From NCBI RefSeq assembly GCF_006345805.1, contig NC_043000.1, forward strand, positions 68,386,001-68,450,000: a DNA stretch of 64,000 nucleotides. Reading direction: 5' to 3'. Every line of letters begins with the position of its first letter. The stretch's first letter is position 1. Under the pieces are notes generated by a model that had not been told where the DNA came from, searched no databases, and saw only the letters and a program-made list of their open reading frames with translations. This stretch comes from Octopus sinensis (Eukaryota). Shown one piece after another: positions 26,786-39,444 of the stretch. Made by a program: the position numbers and the translations under genes.

Positions 26786-28179
26786 AGGTCAAATACAGTA
26801 AGCCAAAGAGGGAGCCTCTACACCTTGCTCGACTTGTTAAAATCCAATCTTCCTGAAATATTCTTCTTTTTAAAAAGGAAAGAGCATATCCTTGAAAGTT
26901 ACCTTAGACAATAAGATGCATTAGCCATAACTGGAATTACTTTCTTCATGAACCTTTTTAATTAGGACAAACTGATTAAACATCTACAAAAGCAAGACAA
27001 CAACAATAGCAGCAGTAATAATTACAATAGAAACAATGATAAAATCAAAAAAGAAATATATTGGATGACTACAGCAATGATAGAAACAAGAACAATATTA
27101 TCAACACTAGCAACAAAGATAAAAATGTCAACAAGTCGAATGAAACTCGTGATAAGCAGCAGCAACAACAATATAATAAAACAAAGCAAAAATAACACCA
27201 TGAAAGTTGCTTGTTTGCCAGATTAGAAGCTTCTAGGCTGAGCATTCATTTCAGTGTAAGTATAAACAAGTAAGACTGCTCAAGTTTGTATCAAGAGTCT
27301 TGGGATAATATGTCTCCAGTGAACGAATTAAATCGTTTCCTGACAATAACAATCACATACAGGCCTGTGTAAACAAAAGGATGTGAAAATACTTTTACAC
27401 AAGCAAAAAGTGCCTGAAAAACTGTGTAGGGTGCCATCTCGTACTTCAGAAAAGAGAAACAGTATAGGTCGATGAAATTTATTTCAAAAACGCCTGAAGT
27501 ACTCCCTTGACCTCAGTGTATCAGTGGCATTTATTGTTATTCCTATTTATATGAGTCGTTCCTCTATGAAAGCAATGATTCATAATGTACCACTAACGTT
27601 TACTCAATGTGTTTTGGTGGAAATGTTTGAAGAACTTGATTGAAAATTCTAATCTTGATTGCACTCAAAAATTTATGAATTTAAGAAAAAGAATCTTGAA
27701 CAGGCACTGATTACTTGAGAGCTTTTGCCCCCTAGTAAAACAAGTACGCAACAAAAGTCCGCTGCTATCAACAAGATAACAGCACCAACAAAATTAATAT
27801 CAAGAACTACGACAACTGCATCAAGCCTTGCACGTTGTATAGAGTGAAGTCAAACCAAAGATGGCAATCCAATTTCTTAAAGCAGATATTTCGATGAGAC
27901 ATCAAACAACCCGTCAATTAGCTATTATAATAGCAACCACAATAACAACTATACTCGCAACAACAATAACAAGAATAACATCAGCAGCTAAACACACCAC
28001 AGTCTCTCTTATTTTTGTTATTGTTTGAAAAGACAACAGTTGGTTCATGGAGTATATAAGAAGAACAACAAAAATATATGCAAACGGAGAAGGCTTTGAA
28101 GTAATTTTAATGAAACTGCTTGAAAGATTTCTGATGCAATTAATGTCAGAAGTCTTCATGAGTATGAGACAAAAAGTAA

Positions 28180-28800
28180 CCACCCTCATTTTCCACTCCA
28201 TGGCCTTTCTGAGAGTAGATTGTATAAATGTATGTGACCTGGAATAAGTCTCGAAGGTGAGTAGATATAGAGGTGGTAGCCAACCAGGGCCAGGGTTTTC
28301 AGCATGCAGTCACAGCTTGTATCTTCTCGATGCTTGTATCTTCTCGAGGTATACACTTATTTCCGCCGACCTGGGTCAGGTGGTAGTGTTATTGCAGAAA
28401 GATCTAGATTTCGCATAAAGACAATCTTTATGGGAACGGAATGGTAAGCCAGTGGTCCTGAACGTTAAAGGTTAGTATCGAAATTGGTGTTCTCAGGCTA
28501 ATATTCGTTTATGTCCCGACTTCGGAATTCTTCAGGTCTTTTGAAGCATTATTGGGGGCAACTCACTATGAGTATTAGTGTGTGATGTGTGACTGGATTA
28601 GTATCTGAGACGCACAATGGGATTGTATGAGAGTTGCCGACAGGGGAGTAAAAGTCTTACGAACCTGCAGGTAGTTCCAGTTGTTTGGTAGGTACTGACT
28701 GGACTTCTAGAATGTGCAATTGTGAACTTAGACAAATCACACAAGGACGTTAAAACTACAAATAGAGTAATTGTGCATATGACCAATGAAGGACGTCCAC
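28180..28800 (+). pseudogene. Tx1/L1 AP-endonuclease fragment
   Basis: QVVVLLQKDLDF..NGKPVVLNVKG..VLRLIFVYVPT.EFFRSFEALLG..CDW resembles GGVAVL..GRLVVLDV..FRLVAVYAP..GDWN. Confidence 0.6.
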
Positions 28801-29185
28801 AGTTATGGACGGTTAGCTATTTAGACCTCAAGTTTGGATCTGCAAAGTCAACAGGGATACATGGGGCTCTGATAAAAGAAACCGTAATCGTCGTTCCCAG
28901 GACAAAAACTTACAGCAATCGGATTAGTAAGATAGTTAAGTGAGTATTGTTAACCGTTGTGAGAAGTTTTTTCTAAAGAGAACATTTAGAATAAATTTAG
29001 AAGGAATTTGCGGTAGAAAACTGTAGATTATTGGGAAAGTTAGCAGATTAGAAGAAACGATTATGAAGGACTCGCAACCGGATGTTCGATGTAAATTTCC
29101 TGCACTCATATATGAAACGAAAGCTGTTCGACGGACTCGGTTAAAGTTATTATTATCATTATTATTATTTTAATCATCATCATCA

Positions 29186-29259
<74 letters not shown>

Positions 29260-29791
29260 GAGTGAGAGAGAAGCGCATGCCATGGAAGTGACACTGGAGT
29301 AAAATATGTGAAGCCCAGTATACCCATCATGACTACCCGTCTGATAAGGGTACACCAGGCACATGTATCACAACCATATGTGTGCAACATGGGGATATCA
29401 TATCAAAATAAACAGCGCATGTCCTTGCAGGTGGGGCCCAGTTAGAATTTTCTTCAGGTCGAGTGGTCCATGCCGTTCAAATGGTCCCTGAATAAGGTTT
29501 GTTTAGGGATGTTGAACGAAACATCTACGTTTCCAAAGGTGAATGATCTAAACCCCAAAGAATTCCTGGCTATGATACTCCCCCACAACTTCTGCTCGCG
29601 ATCAGAGATGCTCATATCATCAGCCACGAAGGGACATGCTCAACTGGTTAAAATCAAACAACTAACAAGCAAATCTGTGATATTGAGCAGAATATTTGCT
29701 GTAGCCCATCTTTTACATTAAGATGAAACAATGAACATGATAACACTTCCAATCAGTTAAGATAGGAAGCAGCGAGAACCAATTTCTGGTA
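29260..29791 (-). mobile_element. Element X copy 2
   Basis: Collinear with copies 1 and 3; (ATT)n on the left, (GTT)n/(ATT)n on the right. Confidence 0.85.
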
Positions 29792-29827
29792 TTATTGTAG
29801 TTGTTGTTGTTGCTGTTGTTATTATTA

Positions 29828-29884
<57 letters not shown>

Positions 29885-29889
29885 CATTA

Positions 29890-30105
29890 AGGCGGTGAGC
29901 TAGCAGAATCGATAAAACGCTGGGCAAAATGCTTAGCGGTATTTCGCCCGTTGTTACGTTCTGAGTTCAAACTCCACCGAAGTCGACTTTGCGTTTCATC
30001 CTTTCGGGGTCGATAAATTAAGTACCAGTGAAACACTGAGGTCGATATAATCGACTATCCCCCTCCGCCAAATTTCAGTTCTTGTGGGTGGCTTTAATAG
30101 AAAGG

Positions 30106-30196
<91 letters not shown>

Positions 30197-30197
30197 C

Positions 30198-30244
<47 letters not shown>

Positions 30245-30390
30245 ATTATTATTATTAGGCGGTCAGCTGACAGACTCGTTAGCACGCTGGACAAAATGCT
30301 TAGCGGCATTTCGCCCGTCTTTACGTTCTGAGTTCAAATTCCGCAGAGGTCGACTTTGCCTTTCATCATTTCGGGGTTCATAAATTAAGA
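29890..30390 (+). mobile_element. Two family A SINEs (29890-30105, 30257-30390) separated by (ATT)/(ATC) repeats
   Basis: AGGCGGTGAGCTAGCAGAATCG and AGGCGGTCAGCTGACAGACTCG heads with the central domain. Confidence 0.85.
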
Positions 30391-30573
30391 GTTTTAATAA
30401 CATTTAAAAAAAATATTTCCGCTTTGAGTGTAATATTTTCTCACTCTCCTGGTACTTTCCCTACTGGTAATTTGTTTCATCGCTTCATATTTTATTTCAA
30501 CTGCCTCCAGTATTCCCAAATAGATTCATGACAGTTCTCAGAAAAAAAAAAGAAGAAAAATGTTGTAAAACCA

Positions 30574-30627
<54 letters not shown>

Positions 30628-30794
30628 TTTTCTATATTTACCACTAAGGATTCACAAAAAACACTGGAGGCGATACGGTACAATACAATGTGGTGCTACA
30701 CAGAAATATGTAAACAGTGAAATCGGTAATAATATAAATTCTAGCAACGAAAAATTCCCCAAAATAGGGGTACTTCCTAGTGTTAATTTAATCT

Positions 30795-31270
30795 ACAGGC
30801 GCATGCTTAGAGCAGGCCCCATTCACTCGGACCATTTTTGCCACATTCATCTACCTTTCAATAAAATTATTGGGAGCAACACTTCCCTCTCTGCCCACAC
30901 CTTCCTTTTCAAGTGAAACTTGAAAACGTTGTTGCAGTATCTGTCTTCAGTCCTTTCTATCTAGTTCACCACACAGCCTCTTTCGCTGAGGCTACCAGAA
31001 ATAAAACACTGCCTGCTCTCTCCGGCCAAAGGAAGGTACAATCTCCACAATAGACTCAGTCGATAGTCGGATCCGTCCTACACTTGACAGCAGGTGTTCG
31101 ACATAAACCCACAAGTCAGCAATGCTCAGGCATTGGATGAGAGCGTGCAGAGTAGTTTTGTCGCTCTGTACGCATCTCAGACATGACCGGCTAATGGCAT
31201 TTCCATGCCTGTAGAGTTTATTCGAACTGGCAATGTTCCCTGGTCATGCTACCGGGAATTTCTGGAAAGT
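30795..31270 (-). mobile_element. Tx1/L1-clade LINE 3' fragment
   Basis: NKLYRHGNAISRSCLRCVQSDKTTLHALIQC..KEAVW*TR*KGLKTDT, homologous to 16300-16650. Confidence 0.75.
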
Positions 31271-31374
31271 ACCGATGAGATGCCTTTCCTAAGCGCCTCA
31301 TCTAAGTTTCTAACTAAGTTTCCCTCTATTGTATTTCCTTCTATCTCTAATGCCTTATTCCAGAGCTCAACGGA

Positions 31375-31500
31375 TACTTATTTTATCGACCCCGAAAGGA
31401 TGAAAGGCAAAGTTGGCGGTATTTCAAATGTAAACTTAAAACCTGAAGAAATGTTGCTAAGTAGCTTGTACGGCACGGAAATGATTCTACTTGCTCGCTG
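31375..31500 (-). mobile_element. SINE family A fragment
   Basis: TACTTATTTTATCGACCCCGAAAGGATGAAAGGCAAAGT is the reverse complement of the central domain. Confidence 0.7.
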
Positions 31501-32312
31501 CTTTAAAAATAATGATAGCAGTAAACTGCAACAGAAAATAGAAACAATTGAGGGAATACAACCTCCTTTAAACAACAATGAACCTCTCAATTGCCACGGT
31601 CGATATATGATTGCTTCTCTGCTAAATTTCTCGCTTTGTTTTTATGCTCGAATATGTTAATATTATTATCATAGAAATGTTTGGTAGCAGAATTCATAAA
31701 CTGCGGGACAAAATGCCTTTCAGTATTTGCTTTCATCACTTTGTATTTTGCGGTCAAATCCTGCCATGCTCAACTACTATTCGTTTTTCCGCTCTTACTG
31801 AAATAAATGTCAGTTAAATATTTGTCGCTCTCCTCTCAAACAAAACAAAATAGCGTCAATAGATTATGTGCTTTACAGCCAATAAAACACAAGTGTATTA
31901 TATAGCTGGCCACATGTTTGCATCGATGACTGAGTAGGAGCTATCACCCCATCAAGAAGTAGTGCAACACCCTACCAATTCAACCAGCTGTGACTCTTAA
32001 AACAGAAGGGTAAAGCTGTTAGAGCGATAGTTGTCAGTGATATCCCAGCTGTTACAGAACTGCTGCTGTGGATGATGATGTAAGAGTTTAATATCATGGC
32101 ATCACATGTTAATGTCATAGGACTGTAATGTCAACAGAAACACGACTAAAATAACTGTGATGATATTTCAGTTTAGGTCTGATCGTACCATGTAGTTTGT
32201 TGGTCTTCGAAGTTCAAAGGTCGAAGCCTAAAATTATATTTTATATATAACATTGTTTACGCTGTACCCCACAACCTTGTAGCGTGTTCATTGTATTTCA
32301 CTCTTTTGGCAG

Positions 32313-32372
32313 AAGCTTCAGATTTCTTTGCACCTGGGGTGGTGGTGGATGAGAGACCTTTTATATATAAAG
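32313..32372 (+). CDS. Candidate orphan internal exon (60 bp), product unknown
   Basis: Pyrimidine-rich acceptor TTGTATTTCACTCTTTTGGCAG and consensus donor AAG/GTAAGT; open in phase 1 (ASDFFAPGVVVDERPFIYK) and phase 0 (KLQISLHLGWWWMRDLLYIK); sits in unique AT-rich flanks. Confidence 0.5.
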
Positions 32373-33029
32373 GTAAGTGAGAGTGTGCATGCAATATCAA
32401 AACAGAAAACTTATTTTAATAAAAATTTTAATATTTATACAAAAAATGTCAAGAATCAATATACAAATAAATGAAAATTAAATTATTATCTTATTTATTA
32501 AAATTAAATTAAAATGAAATCAACAGAAAATTTTGTTTTGCCTTACAATATTTTGTCCGAAGCTGATTTCACTTGATTGTCTTAGTTGTAGCACTGCATG
32601 AGGTGAAGTAATAATATTATTTATTAAAAAATAAAAGTTTTCGTTAGGGCTCAATTCATTTAATGACAGCTAAAAGTGGCTTCTATTTACGAAATAAAAA
32701 CACATTCTACGGGTTTTGATTTTAATAAAATAGCGAAAAAGTTGTGTTTTTATCGACTGAAATTCCCATAGTAATTTGTCATAATGTGGGCATTGCTACC
32801 ATTCTTTCCTCCCCGAAAAAAAAAAAAAGAATAGAAATTGGGAAAATCTAGGTGCTATTTATGTATTTGTTGGTTTGCTGAAAACCTTATTGCAACCCAG
32901 TCTCACCAATACATAACCAAAAGCGAGTTGAATACTTTAATATTTCATTAGAGATAAGGCGGCGAGTTGGCAGAATCGCTAGCATACTAGGCAAAATGCT
33001 TAACAGCATTTCGTCCGTCTTTAACTCAC

Positions 33030-33450
33030 TAAAAGAAAAACTGTAAATGTTAAGCATTTACAGATTTTAAAAAAAGCTTTGCTCAATGGGGCGGTCAAAA
33101 GGAGGGAGAGTTTAAAGAGCGTTAAACTGTGTCAAATCCATTGGAGTGGAGGATATCTTTCCAGTTAAGGCTAAAGTGCGTTAAACTGTGTCAAAGCCAA
33201 TGAGGTGGGGGTTGTCTTTCCAGTTCGATAACGGAATCTCGAGTTTTGTTGGTCGGTGTTGTTCTTCAATCTAATAATACAAAGCCTACTCAATAATGCA
33301 TAGTCTAGCTCTTTCTAAGATGCACCGCTTGATAGTGTGTGGTATATTTCTGTCCTTCAGGTTCCAGATATGACTTGCTAGCTTCGTGCTTTTCTTTTTC
33401 TCTGCGTACCTGAAAGAAGACGTAGTTAGTATCTAACTATGCTTATCTAA
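33030..33450 (-). mobile_element. Penelope-like element 3' fragment (GIY-YIG C-terminal region and 3' UTR)
   Basis: KESTKLASHIWNLKDRNIPHTIKRCILERA resembles the TxLSxHIWxLK..xxIKWxIL motif; two 59-bp-period tandem units at 33113-33225. Confidence 0.55.
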
Positions 33451-33849
33451 TCAAGTGGGCAAATATCTGGGTTTCTGGAGCTGCATTTTGAAGCAGTCAA
33501 CTTGTTTGACTTGCGTAAAATGATGATTTTCACACTGTTTGAGGAATATTCAGCCACGTAATTCTGAAGAGTAATTAACGTATGTCAAGCCTGGTCATTT
33601 GTAACACATGTACAGTCCAACTGATGGGATTCTAAACAATTTACTTCAACCCAATTTTACTCATCATACTTGATAGAGCCCAGGTTAAAATAAACACACA
33701 TGCAGAGACATCGAACCCGGAACTTTAGATTAACCAAACGAAATTCATAACCACTCAACGACATGTTCAAATACACACACAAACACACACACGCACATAC
33801 GCGCGCTCGCACACACACACACATAGATGCACATACATACATACATACA

Positions 33850-33880
<31 letters not shown>

Positions 33881-33898
33881 GAATGTACATACGTGTGT

Positions 33899-34276
33899 GG
33901 AGGCGCATTGGTTCAGTGGGTAGGACAGCGGACTCATGGTCGTAGGACTGGGGTTTCGATTCCCAGATCGGGCGTTGTGAGTTTTTATTGAGCGAAAACA
34001 CCTAAAGCTCCACGAGACTGTGGCACGGGATGGTGACGAACCCTGCTGTACTTTTACCACAACTTTCTCTCATTCTTTCTTCCTGTCTCTGTTGTACCTG
34101 TATTTCAAAGGGCCAGCCTTGTCAAACACTGTGTCATGCTGAATCTCCCCGAGAACTACTTTAAGGGTACGCGTGTCTGTGGAATACTCAGCCACTTGCA
34201 CGTTAATTTCACGAGCAGGCTGTTCCGTTGATCGCATCAACTGGGACCCACATCGTTGTAACCGACGGAGTGCCAC
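33899..34276 (+). mobile_element. tRNA-headed SINE family C
   Basis: A-box-like TGGTTCAGTGGG and B-box-like GGTTTCGATTCCC; body ends CGTTGTAACCGACGGAGTGCC. Confidence 0.85.
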
Positions 34277-34410
34277 GATATACGTGTATGTATACGCTAC
34301 ATATACTCTCACACACACATACACACACATATAAAACATCTTAATTCGTCTAAATAGGAGGCATAATTATCAGTAAAATGTTCAATACACACACACACAT
34401 AAACATAAAC

Positions 34411-34443
<33 letters not shown>

Positions 34444-35163
34444 TGTATGTATGTATGTATGTATGTATGTATGTATGTATGTATGTATGTATGTATACTA
34501 CATTAAGTTAAACTTCAGGGCTGTGATGTCTACATGATAACTTATGGGACAGATTTTGAGAGCTCAAACAATATCACGCAAAACAAATATATACTTAATA
34601 CGCACACACGCGCGGGCATTTATATTTATATATACATACATGCATATAATATATCCCCCCCCACACACACACGTATCCGTACATAAATTCATACGCAGAC
34701 GTATTTATAATACATAAGCACATGTGTTTGTATATAAGTGTATGTGTGTGCATTGTTTACGAATGTGGTTTTCTTTGATATACGGATAAAGTAAACTACC
34801 TAACGCTTTGTTTGTGCGTAGATGTATGTAACTGGGATATATGTCTGATGTGTACATAAACTAAACTCTTTATCTACGTGTCGGCATGTATATAAGTCAC
34901 TTTACACGTAGTTGACTTTCAGAAGTTTTTAGGTTTATGTGGCACATTGGTAAAGACCGAAGATATTCCAAGCAGTTAGTGCCGTACTTTCAATTTGTTC
35001 TCTTTTAATAAACTAATAAACGGTTTTATAGTTGCTTCAAAACCTCGAACCAGCTATTTTTTCAGTTACCCCTTTCTAAATGGAGGTCAACTGTGAAATT
35101 AAAGATATTTTATTAAAATTGCTTTTCTGCAAAACTTCTCTGATCTAAAAGAACTTTAAAATT

Positions 35164-35210
<47 letters not shown>

Positions 35211-35580
35211 TCCCACTTTTCTTTTCTCTTTCTCTGTGTGTATCTTCTTCCTCCTTAATTCTCTTCTTCCCTCTCATTTTTCCAGTTATGTACATGAGCA
35301 CACACATAATATGGATGGGTAGCTTCCGATAATTATTGCACGTTTTAAGTTTTCCCCAATATTAACACTTTGAAATATATTTTATTTTTCTGTAAGTTTA
35401 AAGTTTAAAGGTTTCTTCCGGTATATTTTTCTTTCCATATTCGCATCTCCATAAGAACTTATTTCCTCCTTCTTGCTTCTTTTTAACTCTATATCTGTCT
35501 CAATATCTATGTCCATGTATGTCTTTCTATTTTCATCTTCCTCCTTGTTCTCCTCTCTCTTTACAACACGCACACACACA

Positions 35581-35634
<54 letters not shown>

Positions 35635-35690
35635 TGTGTTCCCAGCGATTTGTTAATCACTATTTTTCTATAGCAGTAGAGGCTAAGTTT

Positions 35691-35965
35691 ACATTATTTA
35701 CATTTGACAGATATTTGTCCTCATCTTGTTGTTAACACAACGTTTCGGCTGATACACCCTCCAGTCTTCATCAGGTGTCTTGGGGAAATTTCGAACCTGG
35801 GTTCTCATTCCAAAAGTTCGAAATTTCCCCAGGACACCTGATGAAGACTGGAGGGTATATCAGCCGAAACGTTGTGTTAACAACAAACAAGATGAGGACT
35901 AATATCCGTCAAATATAAATAACGTAAATAATGTACGTAATTCCTCATCTCTTGAAAAAAGAACT
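35691..35965. mobile_element. Fold-back twin-hammerhead insertion with 12-bp TSD
   Basis: Arms 35691-35796 and 35816-35925; direct repeat GAGGCTAAGTTT at 35679-35690 and 35966-35977. Confidence 0.9.
35833..35877 (+). ncRNA. Minimal type I hammerhead ribozyme (Penelope-type)
   Basis: GACAC-CTGATGA(35838)-A-GACTG-GAGGGTATAT-CAGCC-GAA-ACGT-T-GTGTT: canonical core, palindromic ACGT stem III, GUU cleavage triplet. A mirror copy lies on the minus strand at ~35734-35779. Confidence 0.8.
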
Positions 35966-36269
35966 GAGGCTAAGTTTGTTTTAGTATACAATTGCTATTG
36001 GCTGTTTGCTCCTGATGACGCTCAAAGAAACAGAAATACGTATTTAGCAATTATATCACTGCTAGACACTTTTTGTCTGCAACTGATATATTTCGGTATT
36101 TCTTAACACTATACGTCTATTTGAGATGCTTTCTCGAGACAAATACCGAAATATATGCGCATATTTGTTTGTTTGTGTGCATGAGTGTGTGTGTGTGTGT
36201 ATATGTGCGCGCGCGCGTGTACTAGAACGAACACATTACCACCATGATAACGTACATACCAATGATATT

Positions 36270-37490
36270 CGTTTCAAAATTTGAGACAAGGCTAACAATT
36301 TGGGGGTGCGGGTTAAGTCGATTATATTGACTCTAGTGTGCAACAGGTACTTATTTAATCGACCTGGAAAAGATGAAAGGCAAAGTCGACCCCGGCGGAA
36401 TTTGAACTCGGAACGTAAGGACGGGCGAAATGCCGCTAGCATTTTGCCCGACGTGCTAACGATTCTAACTGTTCTCCGTCTATTTAGCACTGATATTGGT
36501 TTATTGTATACGGTAATACTGTAGAATAGGGAGAAATAACTGAAAGTTTGGACTTACTTCTGATCGAGCGAATCTATTATAAAAAAAAAACTTTCAAGCC
36601 TTATATACTGATCCTTATCATGAAGTACATCATCTATTGTGTTCTTTGTTTTAAGACTTTAAGAGAGATTTGGGGCTACTCTTTCTGACAATCCAGACGA
36701 CTGTACCGCGTACAAATTCCCTCCTTTCCGTTTGTACCCAGATTTAATGTGATGGAGCAAACACCGAGTAAAATGTCTTCCAAACGTAATAGTTTCGTCT
36801 TGAAAGACTGATGTGTGCATAATTTGTATTTTTTCTTCTCCATTTCAACCATCCGTCTATCTATCTCTACAGCCTGCACCTTATTTTTATATGCATATAT
36901 ATAGTTATGTACTTATATGAGTAGCATATATGAAAGCACACACGCACACTCACATACATAAGCGAGACATTGGTTTCAAATTTTGGCAAAACGCCAGCGA
37001 TTTCGGTGAAAGAGGTAAGTCAATTAAATCGACCCCAGTGCTTAACTGGTACGTACTTTATCGACCTCGGAAGGATCACAGGGAAAGTCGACCCCAGCGG
37101 AATTTGAACTTCAAACGTTAAGACGTACGAGATGCCCCTAAGCATTTTACCCGGCATGCTAATGAATCCACCAGCTCGCTGCCTTAACATAATAATAGTG
37201 AAATACACACACACACACACATACACACATACACACACACACACATACACACACACACACATACACACATACACACACACACATACATATCGATGTATAT
37301 ATTTTTATATGAATGTATTTAGCTAGCTATTATAGATTCTTGGAAATATTTATTTCTTTATTACCCATAGGGGGCTAAACAGAAAGGGGACAAAGAAGGA
37401 CAGACAATGGGATAAATTCTATTACATCAGTGCATAACTGGAACTTATTTAATCGACTCTGAAAGGATGAAAGGCAAAGTCGACCTCGCC
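36270..37490 (-). mobile_element. Three family A SINE copies or fragments (~36270-36470, 36968-37185, 37345-37490)
   Basis: Each contains the reverse complement of the central domain (GAAAGGATGAAAGGCAAAGTCGACC). Confidence 0.8.
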
Positions 37491-38285
37491 TTCTATAGCT
37501 TAGCACCTTATCTTGGATTGATTCATATCTTATCCGATTGACCGGAAGAAGGCTGTGGAAAAGCAGAAGCGTGACAGCGTCGAATAACATCCATTTTATA
37601 ATTCTGTTCTGTCTTTAAATCGATCCAAGGTAACTTTATTTTTCATTTTCGAGGATTTTAGTATTATAAAGTAACAGTAAACTTCAGAGCGAGAGATTTA
37701 TCAATATAAATAAGTCTTATGTGTAAATGGAATCATGAAAGAAGAAGAAGAAGAAGAAGAAGAAGAAGATTTGGAGGCGGATGAAGGGGAGGAGGATGAG
37801 GAGGCATTGGTGATGATGGTGGCGGTGGGGGAAACGACAATTATACTGCAAAAACATTGAGATCCTGTTGGGTGTGAAAATATAACGTCATCGAGTATGG
37901 CATTATTATTTTATAATGATTGAGCTTGTATGGATAACGAGGTCAGGTTCGGAAGAGTGGGTGAAATCATAAATAACTAAAGATGTTTCCATTCTACAAA
38001 ATGAAGTGGCAGTTCTGACACTAACAAAATAAAAGCTCAAAATCCAACTTGAATTTCAGCTACTTGTCTTTACAGTACTGTCCAACAATCTTACTGCTTC
38101 GTGCTTACTTGACTCTACACCTGGTTTCAGAATTATAACGAAGAAGAAATGGAATTAAAAGTAATTTATGACAGTACGAGTGAATTTTTCCGGAGTCGTC
38201 TACCTGCTAGAAATAGCAATCAAAATATTACTAAGATTATGTATCTTCTCTTAAATAATGAGATATTCGATAATTTAGTCCCGTA

Positions 38286-38750
38286 TGGGCGCAAGCACGG
38301 CTCTGCGGTTAAAACGTTTGCTTTCATGCCAAGTGGTTTCGGGTTCCGTTCCAACAAGCGGCACCATCGACGAGTGTCTTCTACTATTGCCCTGGATGTT
38401 GTAATTTGCTAGACGGAAACTATGTGAAAGTTCGTCATATACATGAAGTATAAAGCTTCTCTTACAGACTCGGCTAACAGTCCTCGTTGTAATCAACTCC
38501 TATGTGGACTGCATGTTTATTTAACCACATTACCGAAGTGTGTGTGCGTATGCTTGTGTATGGCGGTTTTTGTGTCTGTACCCACCACCGCTTGATAACT
38601 GGTGTTGGTTTGTCTATCTCCTTGCAACTTCGCGGATTGACCAAAGAGACTGATAGAATAAGTACTATGGTCGTTGTTTTCGTCTAATCCCTTTAAGACG
38701 GTGACCCTGTATGGTCGCAGCCCAGTGACTGGAACAAGTAAAATATAAAA
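38286..38750 (+). mobile_element. Diverged SINE family B
   Basis: GGGCGCAAGCACGGCTCTGCGGTTAA head, AGACGGAAAC body, CCACCACCGCTTGATAACTGG..GATAGAATAAGTAC tail. Confidence 0.65.
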
Positions 38751-39122
38751 GCACAAAAGATACTTTTAAAGGTAGCGGACAGGCACAATCGTTAGTGCAT
38801 CGGATAAAATGTCGTGCGGTATTCGATTTGGCTCTCTCTGTTAAATTTTGTCTTTCAACATTTTGAAATCGATAAAATAAAGTGCCAGTCTAGTACTCGG
38901 GTTAATTATTTTTTTCTTTCTCCCTGGATTTTTATGTAATGAAAATGTCCAGCCTTGGTATATAATGTGACACTGATTCGGCCACAGAGTTATTTGAAGT
39001 GGACATATACCAGCGGAATTCTTAATCACTTACAGCGTACTTTCACGAGTATAAATTCAGTTGGTCGAACTATTAGATGCTTTTGTCGAAATGGACACAA
39101 AATCCACCACTAACGTTTAGAT

Positions 39123-39444
39123 CAGTTGTTCTCAGCCGGGGTCCATATGACCCTTGGGGATCCATACAAGATTTTTTTGGGGTCTATGCAAGTAGAATAG
39201 TAAATAGTAGTATATTAAGGGTCCATGAAAAAATTTTGTTTTAGATTTATTTATTTCTAGAAACAGCAGTTTTTTTTTTCTCTTACGTTTTACATAGTTT
39301 AATCTAAAAAAGTTAATGAATGAAAAACAAAATAGGAATCCTGAAAGAAGTTTCTATAAAACTAGTTTTTAAACATCAAATAGTTATGGGGGTCCACCAC
39401 AGTCATCAAAGAGGTCATAGACAAAAAATGGTTGAGAACCACTG
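39123..39444 (+). mobile_element. hAT (Charlie-like) MITE
   Basis: TIRs CAGTTGTTCTCAGCC and CAGTGGTTCTCAACC (rc); flanking 8-mers GTTTAGAT and GTTGAGGT (6/8). Confidence 0.8.

Noticed and set aside
29630-29640. CTGATGA on the minus strand of element X
   Set aside because: Not conserved in the other copies (CTGACAA, CTGACGA), lies within a stem, and has no properly placed GAAA.
33899-33975. tRNA-like sequence (and other SINE heads)
   Set aside because: No clean cloverleaf, and each continues into a SINE body; treated as SINE heads.
38131-38160. 30-bp exon candidate NYNEEEMELK
   Set aside because: Weak donor and no independent support.
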